A DNA stretch of 20,000 bases from an uncultured virus (IMG/VR IMGVR_UViG_3300026549_002537) (lineage: Duplodnaviria > Heunggongvirae > Uroviricota > Caudoviricetes): IMG/VR virus record IMGVR_UViG_3300026549_002537, one strand, 5' to 3'. This document shows, one piece after another, positions 6,519 through 14,250 of this stretch. Made by a program: the position numbers and the translations under genes. Within the stretch, counting starts at the first letter, position 1, and each line of letters opens with the position of its first letter. Under the pieces are notes generated by a model. The model was not told the DNA's origin. It made no database searches and saw only the letters and a program-made list of their open reading frames with translations.

Positions 6519-7292
6519 TTACTGCTCAATAAGTGGAATGATGTTGGCTTTCTTCAACTCGTCATAGAGGAACAGACGGCCTTTCTGCGTCCACTCTGAG
6601 TTGTACTTGATTTCCTTCCGGCCATCCCTTCGGGTGATCTCGACGGGCTTAGAGTGCATGTAGCCCTGCGAAAGGTAGGGAGCATAGAGAATCCATTGGT
6701 CACCGACCTTGTGCTGGATGCGCATCATGTAGAGCTTCTGATTGAACGCCTTGGCAGACATACCGTAGTCGAGGGCAATCTGTGTGGTTAGCACGGTGGA
6801 CTTGTTGTTGAGGATGGTGTCATAGTAGCTTACCTTTGGCTGCATCTGCTCTATCTCCTGAGAGAGTGCGAACACCTGCTGCTCGGCAGCGTCAGCACGC
6901 TTCGACTCAATCAGCTTTGCCTCATACTCTGAGGCCCATGCCCTTGCAGCTTCAGCGGGGTTGGAGAAGTTCGGTAGTGCCGTCATGCTGCTGCGCTCCT
7001 TGACTTCGAGCTGCTTCCATCTGAGGACGAGCTTTGCACGGGCTTCATCCTTGAACTTGGTGGCCACGTACAGGCACTCTTCCTTGTCGAGGTAGTAACA
7101 GGGCCTCTGCTGGTTGTTGGCATCCTGATACGTGCCGAGCGTAAATTTCCGCCCGGCGGTTTTCTCCCATGCAGCCTCCATCTTACGGATGGCCTCCAGC
7201 ACGTCCGAATGTCTCTTTCCTGTGAGTTCCGCGATTTCGATGGAACTCATCGTCTTTGGGCTTTCGCCTAACTTGATTACTTCATTACTCAT
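6519..7292 (-). CDS. Phage antirepressor (Rha N-terminal domain + KilAC/ANT C-terminal domain)
   Basis: 'MSSIEIAELTGKRHSDVLEAIR', 'Y.DANNQQRPCYYL', 'PKVSYYDTIL', 'TTQIALDYGMSAKAFN', 'WTQKGRLFLY'. Confidence 0.92.
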   Translation of the reverse strand: MSNEVIKLGESPKTMSSIEIAELTGKRHSDVLEAIRKMEAAWEKTAGRKFTLGTYQDANNQQRPCYYLDKEECLYVATKFKDEARAKLVLRWKQLEVKERSSMTALPNFSNPAEAARAWASEYEAKLIESKRADAAEQQVFALSQEIEQMQPKVSYYDTILNNKSTVLTTQIALDYGMSAKAFNQKLYMMRIQHKVGDQWILYAPYLSQGYMHSKPVEITRRDGRKEIKYNSEWTQKGRLFLYDELKKANIIPLIEQ

Positions 7293-7303
7293 GGCTGTTT
7301 ATT

Positions 7304-8119
7304 TTATAAGTCAAACAATGTTCTTTCTCTGACAGGCTCAAAGTTACAGACAAGCACTTCAACCTTGTGCCGGGCATTGGTAAAGTTCGCAACCTTCAAA
7401 GGCAACTCAATCTCTGTGTGTAGCCATCCGTTCCTAATGATGAAAGCAGACAGCATGTCGCACATATAGTTGGAAAGGATGAATTTTCCCTTGATGGTCT
7501 GTAAGAGAGTGAGTAACTCCTCCAGATTCTCGAAGGAGTACCCGCTGTAGTGTTTCATGTCTGCCATCGGATAAGGCGGATCGAGATAAAACACGGTATC
7601 TGGAGTGTCGCGCTGTCTGATGACATCGAGCGCATCACGACAGCTAATCTGTACGTCCGAAAGGCGGTTATGGAGCCATTCGGAAAACTCATGCCTACGA
7701 CGGCGCATATATACTCCCGTATGGCTTCCGGCATTGCCGTTGTCCCATTTCCAGCCACCACGCGGACTGCCAGAGAAGGAAAAGTTTGTCACCATCCAGA
7801 CAGCCCATGCAGTTTCAACGTCTGATGCAGGAACGCGGCGGTTGTATATCTCCCTGGCCCTGTTATACTCTGATTCTGCATCGAGCGTGGTCTGTACCAT
7901 CTGCTGAAGCTCGTCGAAGTTGGTCATCACTTGCTTGTAGAATGTGACCAGTCGCTCGTTAGTGTCATTGATGGCTTCGAGATAGCTCTTAGGCTTGGCA
8001 AAGAACACGGCACCGCCACCGAAGAACGGCTCACAATATATCTTGTGGGCTGGAAGCATCGACACGATTGTCTGTGCCAATGTCTGCTTACCACCGTAGT
8101 ATGTGATTGGTGTTCTCAT
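7304..8119 (-). CDS. DNA adenine methyltransferase (D12/Dam class)
   Basis: 'PITYYGGK', 'YCEPFFGGGAVFF', 'EAIND' and catalytic 'FYLDPPY'. Confidence 0.92.
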   Translation of the reverse strand: MRTPITYYGGKQTLAQTIVSMLPAHKIYCEPFFGGGAVFFAKPKSYLEAINDTNERLVTFYKQVMTNFDELQQMVQTTLDAESEYNRAREIYNRRVPASDVETAWAVWMVTNFSFSGSPRGGWKWDNGNAGSHTGVYMRRRRHEFSEWLHNRLSDVQISCRDALDVIRQRDTPDTVFYLDPPYPMADMKHYSGYSFENLEELLTLLQTIKGKFILSNYMCDMLSAFIIRNGWLHTEIELPLKVANFTNARHKVEVLVCNFEPVRERTLFDL

Positions 8120-8120
8120 A

Positions 8121-8330
8121 TTACTCTTTTATTACAATTACTAAATCACCTCCAATCTGGAAGCCTTTCTCGAATAGTTCCTTGCACCGCTTCGGGATAT
8201 TGGCCCACCTGCTCTTGTGCTTGGAGAAGCATGTGCAGAATCCCATCGTGTCCTCACGCCCGGCAAGGAAGAAGGGGCAGGTTCCGCACATCGTCGGCAT
8301 TTCATAGAAGGTCTGTCCATTAATAGTCAT
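8121..8330 (-). CDS. Small Cys-rich hypothetical protein, 69 aa
   Basis: MTINGQTFYEMPTMCGTCPFF...GFCTCF...PKRC. Fills the gap between two methylase genes; the start overlaps the upstream stop. Confidence 0.65.
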   Translation of the reverse strand: MTINGQTFYEMPTMCGTCPFFLAGREDTMGFCTCFSKHKSRWANIPKRCKELFEKGFQIGGDLVIVIKE

Positions 8331-9156
8331 CTCCAAACAGGCTTAGTTGAATGGGAGCAGACTTTGGCTTTGCCGATGGCTCTGCCTTGACTGGCTCCAC
8401 GATTACTGCTTCTTTGATTCTGGGGCTTTCCTTGGCCTGTTCCCTTGCTTTCCATAGACGACACCCGATGAACACGTTCGGGTCTGTAAAGCGACGTATG
8501 GTAGGCAAAGCAGGGAAAGGATAAAGCCCCTCATTCACGATGTAGCCGAAACGGGCCTCTCCTGGTTCGCAAAGGGTGTCATGACAGATGACCTCGCCGT
8601 AGCAGCCGTGAATCATCATATTGATTGCCGTCTGCTTGCAGCACATAGCATCGATATCCTCACCTATGAGATAGGGCTTTTCGGCACCGATGCGCTCCAG
8701 CTTGCTTGCAGCGGCCAGAAGGAGGCGACCACTGCCACAGGCGCAGTCGCTGACGGTGATACGTCGGCCAAAGCCGTTGCAGTTCACTTGCGGAACATCT
8801 GGCTTGGTGTCGCCAAAGGTGCAATCGGCCATCATGTCGCAGATGCAGGCTGGAGTAAAGCACTGGCCGAGGGCGTTCTTGCTCCCGGCCCATTCCATAA
8901 AGAGGTCGCCAAAGGCATCATGCCATCCGTCATGAACGAGGGCATCCTGCATGATGTTGAAGTACACGGACATCATCGAGTAGAAACACTGGTTCTGCTC
9001 CTTGTTGTACCGCCATCCATCGACGGGCTTTCCCTCTGGATCCATGCAGCCGATGATGTAGTCGAGCAGTGCGGACAGAGTTTCAGCCATGCCAATGCCA
9101 TATCGGTAGCCGAATTTCTCCATTTCCTGTGAGAGTGGTTTTATTGAGTACTTCAT
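8320..9156 (-). CDS. N-6 DNA methylase (HsdM-like) SAM-binding-domain protein lacking the NPPF/Y motif; C-terminal QLSLF
   Basis: 'LGQCFTP', 'DCACGSGRLL', 'GEDID', 'TAINMMIHG' and 'HDTL' are present. No (N/D)PP(F/Y) follows. Confidence 0.8.
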   Translation of the reverse strand: MKYSIKPLSQEMEKFGYRYGIGMAETLSALLDYIIGCMDPEGKPVDGWRYNKEQNQCFYSMMSVYFNIMQDALVHDGWHDAFGDLFMEWAGSKNALGQCFTPACICDMMADCTFGDTKPDVPQVNCNGFGRRITVSDCACGSGRLLLAAASKLERIGAEKPYLIGEDIDAMCCKQTAINMMIHGCYGEVICHDTLCEPGEARFGYIVNEGLYPFPALPTIRRFTDPNVFIGCRLWKAREQAKESPRIKEAVIVEPVKAEPSAKPKSAPIQLSLFGDDY

Positions 9157-10505
9157 GCTGCTTTCTTGAATAGTCCGATGTTCTGCTCTACCAGCTTTAC
9201 AATCTCGTTGTGGTACTTTGTCATGGAGTTCTGAACGCCCCTTGATTGCATCACAGCGAAGGTTTTAAGGTTCAGCTCTATTGTCTCTATACGTTCACCT
9301 GTTTCGCGGCTCTTTGCAGACAGAATCAGCGAGAACTTCTTTTTATAGTAGCCCATAGAGAATACGCAGTGGTGCATGTGCTGCCCTTCGTCTGCCATTT
9401 CAGCGATGCTCTGAATGACGGTTATCACTACGTTCTCATTGCCGAAGCAGATACCAAAATACTTGCCTTTCTCCTTCTTGTAGGTGTCCTCATTGAACTT
9501 GGCATCACGCAACTTGCGCTCATATTCTTCTTTGGCCTTGATTCTTTGCACTCTCGCTACATACATGTCATGGGCCGCTTTGAGATCAGACGGGCAGACA
9601 TAGTGGGCGTTGTGGGTATCAAGATTGAGGTAGTGAAGCGCATCGAGCAGGTCATACCACATCGATGCATCCTTGACGATGTAGTGATTGCGGTTGGCAA
9701 TTCTGATGGCATGGAAGAAATCAAACTGGCGGTCGCGGGAAAGGTGGTTGCCGTTACGCATCCAGTACCTGAGAATATCGTGCTGACCAGTTTTGGCAAG
9801 CATTTCAATGTCGCTGTTAGAAAGGAGCTGCTGCATCAATTCTACGATGTTGATGCCTCTAAGTTGGGCGAGACATGACTGCCAGCCGTTGCGCTTGAAA
9901 ATGGGAAGAACACTTATTCTTGGATAGAAGTAGTTGTCGGTCACGTCAAAAACATCATCCATTGCATAGCTTCCAGTGGCACGGTCGTTGTGTTTCTGAA
10001 TTCCCCAGTCTGAATGTACGTTCCAGCGGAAATGGAATGGGCTACGCGTGTACGACTTGGAAACGATGGTCTCATTACCTTTATCGTCGATCCAGTTCTG
10101 GTACACCTCGAAGATGGTGTAAGAAGTGTCGTGGCCCTGAAGGTTGTACCTGTTAACGTCAAATGTGCGGAACACCTGATATCCCTTGAACGTAGTGATG
10201 ATTGTCAGATACACCCCTTCGTGCTTCTCACGGCGGTTACTTTCAAGCCAGTGCTTCAGTTTGAGGTGAGCTCCACAATGGGGGCATGTTTCATCATCCA
10301 ACTCAAGTGACACGGCGAGAATGCTGTGGTCTTGGTGATATATGTGGCCGCAGTGTTGGCACCAAACCTTTCCAGTTGTTTTCCAGTAGTAGCCAACCTT
10401 TTCGAATATATGCTCCTTGGGATAGTCTCTCTGTATGTCTGTCAATGGTGGAAGCTGTGAGGCCATATCCACGAACATTTGCTGTTTCTTGGTTCTTGGT
10501 TTCAT
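9153..10505 (-). CDS. PcfJ-like domain protein, 450 aa
   Basis: Zn-ribbon CQHC/CPHC, 'WYDLLDAL..L..D..N..Y.CP.DLK.AHD', 'EG..MHHCV', 'RIETIE...QSRG..N'. Follows a PcfK-like gene. Confidence 0.88.
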   Translation of the reverse strand: MKPRTKKQQMFVDMASQLPPLTDIQRDYPKEHIFEKVGYYWKTTGKVWCQHCGHIYHQDHSILAVSLELDDETCPHCGAHLKLKHWLESNRREKHEGVYLTIITTFKGYQVFRTFDVNRYNLQGHDTSYTIFEVYQNWIDDKGNETIVSKSYTRSPFHFRWNVHSDWGIQKHNDRATGSYAMDDVFDVTDNYFYPRISVLPIFKRNGWQSCLAQLRGINIVELMQQLLSNSDIEMLAKTGQHDILRYWMRNGNHLSRDRQFDFFHAIRIANRNHYIVKDASMWYDLLDALHYLNLDTHNAHYVCPSDLKAAHDMYVARVQRIKAKEEYERKLRDAKFNEDTYKKEKGKYFGICFGNENVVITVIQSIAEMADEGQHMHHCVFSMGYYKKKFSLILSAKSRETGERIETIELNLKTFAVMQSRGVQNSMTKYHNEIVKLVEQNIGLFKKAA

Positions 10506-10556
10506 ACCTTTTTTCTCCTTTACGTTACCTATACAATAACCTGATAAACACATAAG

Positions 10557-11087
10557 CTACATCATGTCAAAAAGTGATAACTGCAAGGACTTCTGGCGCT
10601 CTTCCGCTTCTCTCTGCTTCCTGATGCGTTCCTCCTTGGCCTTGCGCTCCTTTTCCTCACGCTTGCGCTCTTCCTCCTTTAGCTTGGCAAGCTGCTCTTT
10701 CTCATAGTCTGCCTTGGCTTTCTCCTTCGCCTCGGCCTTCTCTTCATCGGACAGCTCTACGGTGTGGTTTACGACTATCTTGGCGGCAGCTACTGGCTTC
10801 ACGTCCTTGATGTCATCCTCGTCATAGTAGTGAATGGCCATGTTGTAGATTTCGTCGTCATCGAATCCACAACAGCCTGACTTCTTCACCTGCTGGAGAA
10901 TGTAGTTACAGCACTCGTCAAGGTTCTTATTCTCCTTGGCGTAAGTCTTTGCGAAAAGCGCATCTTCAGCCGCTCTCTTGTCGAGATATGCCTTGATGGT
11001 TTTCTTGAAAGAGGTGGAAACCTTCTCACCTCTGGGAGCGGACTTCTTCTGTTCCTGCTCCTTCTTGGTCTCATTCTTTGTTGCCAT
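10557..11087 (-). CDS. PcfK-like (AcrIIA9-related family) protein, 176 aa, ending QLSLFDMM
   Basis: 'FKKTIKAYLDKRAAEDALFAK.Y.K.NK..DECCNYIL.QVKKSGCCGF.DDEIY.MAIHYYDED.I' typical of Bacteroidetes PcfK. Confidence 0.88.
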   Translation of the reverse strand: MATKNETKKEQEQKKSAPRGEKVSTSFKKTIKAYLDKRAAEDALFAKTYAKENKNLDECCNYILQQVKKSGCCGFDDDEIYNMAIHYYDEDDIKDVKPVAAAKIVVNHTVELSDEEKAEAKEKAKADYEKEQLAKLKEEERKREEKERKAKEERIRKQREAEERQKSLQLSLFDMM

Positions 11088-11104
11088 ATCAATATTGCGT
11101 TGAA

Positions 11105-11848
11105 TTAAAGTTTTCTTCTGTCCTGCCCCTTTATCTCCATGTAGTTGCACATTTCCACAAGTCGGCTGGCCACACGGTCGCCGTAACGCTCGATAAGGGT
11201 CTTGTGGGACATGGGATAGTTTGAGGTGAACAATGTGATTAAATCCGTCCTGTCACCCCTCGACTCAATGAGGGTACGCAGGACTTCCAGTTTGTTTCCC
11301 ATGAAGCAGCACTCCGTAGGTTCTGCCCCAAGGTCTTGAATGCCGATGATGTTGGTTTTCTTATAGCCGTCAATGTTGCCAGTATTGGTGAATCTGGCAC
11401 ACACATCATCTGCACTTACGTTAGCCCAGACAAGCTGATTGAGCTTGTCATCGAAGGTTATCTGGAATCCCATCAAGCGTGAGTATTCGAGGATGATTTC
11501 GAGAGCCCACGACTTACCTGTGCCAGTGTTCCCGGCAATGTAGATGCCACGCTTCAAGTCCCCCTTGCGCACCTCCTTGCTGTCAGCATCGAGGCACTGC
11601 ATGGAAGCGTCGCCGTGTACCCACTTGATCAGGTTCGTATAGGTAAAGCGGTTTTCATCGTCAATCACGAACTTCTGCGTCCTGCTCTTACCCAATATCT
11701 CTATCATCTGCAGGGACTCGTTGATGTCATAGTCCGTGTAGCGGTAGCGGATAATGTCATTGAACAGGCCGCGCTGCTTCATCTTCTCCAGAAGGAGGCT
11801 GATTCTGTTCGTGCGGATCACTTCGCCTTTCTCGTTCTTTATTTCCAT
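11105..11848 (-). CDS. DnaC/IstB-like AAA+ ATPase (helicase loader)
   Basis: Walker A 'GNTGTGKS', 'IQDLGAEP', 'FTSN', 'RYGDRVASRLVEMCN...GQDRR'. Coupled to the initiator gene. Confidence 0.88.
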   Translation of the reverse strand: MEIKNEKGEVIRTNRISLLLEKMKQRGLFNDIIRYRYTDYDINESLQMIEILGKSRTQKFVIDDENRFTYTNLIKWVHGDASMQCLDADSKEVRKGDLKRGIYIAGNTGTGKSWALEIILEYSRLMGFQITFDDKLNQLVWANVSADDVCARFTNTGNIDGYKKTNIIGIQDLGAEPTECCFMGNKLEVLRTLIESRGDRTDLITLFTSNYPMSHKTLIERYGDRVASRLVEMCNYMEIKGQDRRKL

Positions 11849-12564
11849 AGATCATTCACTTGATTGGTTCCAGAAGATGATTCCTTGCCGCTCTTCCTCA
11901 GTTCGTCTTTGTACTTGTCAACGACCCAGTTGAGAATTGCCCTGTAGTCTGACTTGTAGGATCGGCCAGTAGCGGCCTTGTAGTTATCAAGGAGTTCAAC
12001 CATCCTCTTTGCTCCGGCCTCGCCGTATTCCTCCACCAGCTTTGAGTACTCAGCGTCAGTCATCTTGACCGTATCTGTGTACTTGTGCTTGACGTCGGAT
12101 TTCGGCTTTGCCGGGGCTTTTACCGATGGATTTGCCGTCTCGTTTGCTGCATCATTTGTCGCGGCAAAACGCTTGTTGGTGATGGATGACCCCCTGCGTC
12201 CGGCTTCTGCACGCTTCTCGCTGATTTCCGAGTCGCGTATCATCCGCTTCTGGCACAGATAGTTGCCTTCCACGTAGAGGACACCTTCACCGACAAGCTC
12301 TTTCAGGGCGTTAAGAATCTCTTTCTTGTCGTATGGCATGTGACGAACCAACTGGGAGGCGAACTGCTCCAGCGGCTCGATACCACCGAAGAGGGAAATA
12401 TCCCTCGACTTGATGGCTATCTTGCCGTAGGGGTCAGACTTATGCATCATACACATCAGTCTGATGTAGATGCCTGTTGCCGATGCGGAACACTCCAGCA
12501 ACTTTTCATCGTTGAGGAAGTCCTGCACGTTCAACGGCAAACATGGTTGGTCTCTTAATGCCAT
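11839..12564 (-). CDS. Phage replication initiator (DUF1376/YdaU-like N-terminus)
   Basis: 'P.LPLNVQDFL.D..L..CS..ATGIYIRLMC', 'QKRMIRD...SEKRAEAGRRG' and C-terminal 'YK.DYRAILNW'. Upstream of a DnaC-like gene; contains internal iteron-like repeats. Confidence 0.75.
   Translation of the reverse strand: MALRDQPCLPLNVQDFLNDEKLLECSASATGIYIRLMCMMHKSDPYGKIAIKSRDISLFGGIEPLEQFASQLVRHMPYDKKEILNALKELVGEGVLYVEGNYLCQKRMIRDSEISEKRAEAGRRGSSITNKRFAATNDAANETANPSVKAPAKPKSDVKHKYTDTVKMTDAEYSKLVEEYGEAGAKRMVELLDNYKAATGRSYKSDYRAILNWVVDKYKDELRKSGKESSSGTNQVNDLWK
12107..12168. repeat. 12-bp-period iteron-like repeats (candidate phage replication origin)
   Basis: TTTGCC 12107, TTTACC 12119, TTTGCC 12131, TTTGCT 12143, TTTGTC 12155, then inverted GGCAAA 12163. 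Confidence 0.55.
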
Positions 12565-12569
12565 AATCT

Positions 12570-13448
12570 CTACTTCTCGTTATAAACCAGTGAGAACTCT
12601 TTCGGAACGAAGCCCTTGGCAGGCATCGGTACGGCTTTCTCGATGCAGAGCGTAGCCATCCGCACCTGGTACTCGCCGCCTTCCTTCTCTGCACGTTCCT
12701 TGCGCTTTTCCTCGCATTCCTGCAGATACCTGCTGATGACCACCAAGGCACGGTTCGTGTCGATGGTGTTCACGATGAAGGACTGGTGCAGCTCAACGCC
12801 ATCGTCATAGGTGATCTTCATATCCATCTGGAAGAACTTCTTCTGATCCTCCCTGATGGGTTCTTCATCCTCCTTGCTCTCTGTCTTGGCATTGATGTAG
12901 GTCTCCATGTCGATTTTGTCCTGAATATAGGCCACATCGATATTCTCCTTGCTCATTTCATCGGTGAGGATGATGCAGGAGTCCATTTCCTTGATGGCTG
13001 TGAACACGAAACCGCCGCTCCTGTTCAGCTCCAGGTAGTCACGCATGATTTCCAGAACATTCTCGATGCCACAGGCGTAGAGGATGAAGCGAAGATTATC
13101 CTTGCCGATGCGGACGTTCACGCTGTAGGGGTAGAGGGCCGTGTTCTCCAGCTCGTAGGCCTCGCGGTTCTGATTGCTGACCTCAATCTCCTTACATTCC
13201 CCTGCTGCCTGTGAGAACTGAATCTTCTGGAGAACGTCGCGGGTGATGAGAGTACCCTTCTCGAAAAGCACCTCATTGCGTTCTATCTCACATGGCTTTC
13301 CCGTGTCATGGTCGAAGAACGTCTCTTTCCACGTCTTCAAGACCTTCTTGCAGATGTACTTGTTAAGCATCCGCTTCGGGTCAGCTGTCGTGATGCGGAT
13401 TTCATCCTTCCGCGTCTCAACCTTCTTCTTGATTGCTTTCTTTGCCAT
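12570..13448 (-). CDS. Phage protein with N-terminal segment resembling Bacteroidetes RpoB; C-terminal part possibly DUF4494-like
   Basis: 'KKVLKTWKETFFDHDTGKPCEIERNEVLFEKGTLI' resembles, from memory, the Bacteroidetes RpoB stretch 'ARVLKTW.EDFVDEDTGEVVSIERNE'. Confidence 0.65.
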   Translation of the reverse strand: MAKKAIKKKVETRKDEIRITTADPKRMLNKYICKKVLKTWKETFFDHDTGKPCEIERNEVLFEKGTLITRDVLQKIQFSQAAGECKEIEVSNQNREAYELENTALYPYSVNVRIGKDNLRFILYACGIENVLEIMRDYLELNRSGGFVFTAIKEMDSCIILTDEMSKENIDVAYIQDKIDMETYINAKTESKEDEEPIREDQKKFFQMDMKITYDDGVELHQSFIVNTIDTNRALVVISRYLQECEEKRKERAEKEGGEYQVRMATLCIEKAVPMPAKGFVPKEFSLVYNEK

Positions 13449-13450
13449 AG

Positions 13451-14053
13451 TTACTTACCATTTGTTGTGAACATCATAAACTCAGCCCAGATGTCGAGGA
13501 ACTGCTTGCCTGCGTACTCAGCCAAATCTCTTGTCTTGAAGCAGAGCCGACCACCGCTGCCCGAGTTCGAGAACGTGGAGGCGTAATTCGCGTCCGAAAA
13601 AGCGACACCCGCGCTCGCACCCGCATAGTTGTTCGAGCGACCGAGCACCCGGCCTTTATCCTCTTCATCCATTTCGTCTATCTCCTTCTGTGTGTAGAGA
13701 CAGAACCATGGATAATAGCGGTATTCATCGGTTGTGAACTTAGGCTCCCATCCCTCATTGAGGGCATAGGCGATAATGGCCAGCTTCATATAGGCCAATA
13801 TCTGGGGATTCTTGATATTGTCGGCATTGGACTCATAGTCTGCCAACAGGGTTGCAGCCGTATCGTCGCCAGAAAGGGCTTTCGTGTTCAACTCCTGGAG
13901 TGCATCGTCAAGCGTCTTTACACGCTCCATGATATCCTTTGGCTTGAACAGATCCTTTCCGAGCAGATGTTCCAGCAGTTCCTTACCCTCGGGTGATGCG
14001 TTCTTATAGGCATTCAGCGCATTCTCTTCCGAAATCTTAATTTCCTTTTTCAT
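13451..14053 (-). CDS. Conserved Bacteroidales phage protein ('ALNEGW...YYPWF') with a DGR variable-region-like C-terminal segment
   Basis: 200 aa. The C-terminal 'GRSNNYAGASAGVAFSDANYASTFSNSGSGGRLCF' resembles CLec-type DGR variable regions in both protein and codon pattern. Confidence 0.75.
   Translation of the reverse strand: MKKEIKISEENALNAYKNASPEGKELLEHLLGKDLFKPKDIMERVKTLDDALQELNTKALSGDDTAATLLADYESNADNIKNPQILAYMKLAIIAYALNEGWEPKFTTDEYRYYPWFCLYTQKEIDEMDEEDKGRVLGRSNNYAGASAGVAFSDANYASTFSNSGSGGRLCFKTRDLAEYAGKQFLDIWAEFMMFTTNGK
13541..13654 (-). other. Putative DGR variable region (VR)
   Basis: 38 consecutive codons, none ending in A, with NNY codons alternating with nine NCG codons. Cognate TR/RT not in the window. 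Confidence 0.6.
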
Positions 14054-14249
14054 TGTTACTTTCTTTAATTGATGATTTGAGTTTCTTATCCAGCTTCTTC
14101 GCCATAAGCCGCATGAGCCTTGCGCGGTTCTCCAATCGGAGGGTTCCGATTCCGAGTTTGTTCCTGCGGCATACCTCGACCGTTATAAGGGCGGCAGACT
14201 CTTCCAGAAACTGGATGATATTCTTGATATCTGTCTTACATACTTCCAT
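14037..14249 (-). CDS. Hypothetical protein, 70 aa
   Basis: Packed between MBL and the next gene with overlapping junctions. 'MEVCKTDIKNII.FL...A...NRARLMR' is typical of small Bacteroidales phage ORFs. Confidence 0.7.
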   Translation of the reverse strand: MEVCKTDIKNIIQFLEESAALITVEVCRRNKLGIGTLRLENRARLMRLMAKKLDKKLKSSIKESNNEKGN

Positions 14250-14250
14250 G

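Noticed and set aside
13451..13540. DGR IMH-adjacent GC hairpin downstream of the VR
   Set aside because: No convincing stem-loop found by eye. Its absence slightly weakens but does not exclude the VR call.
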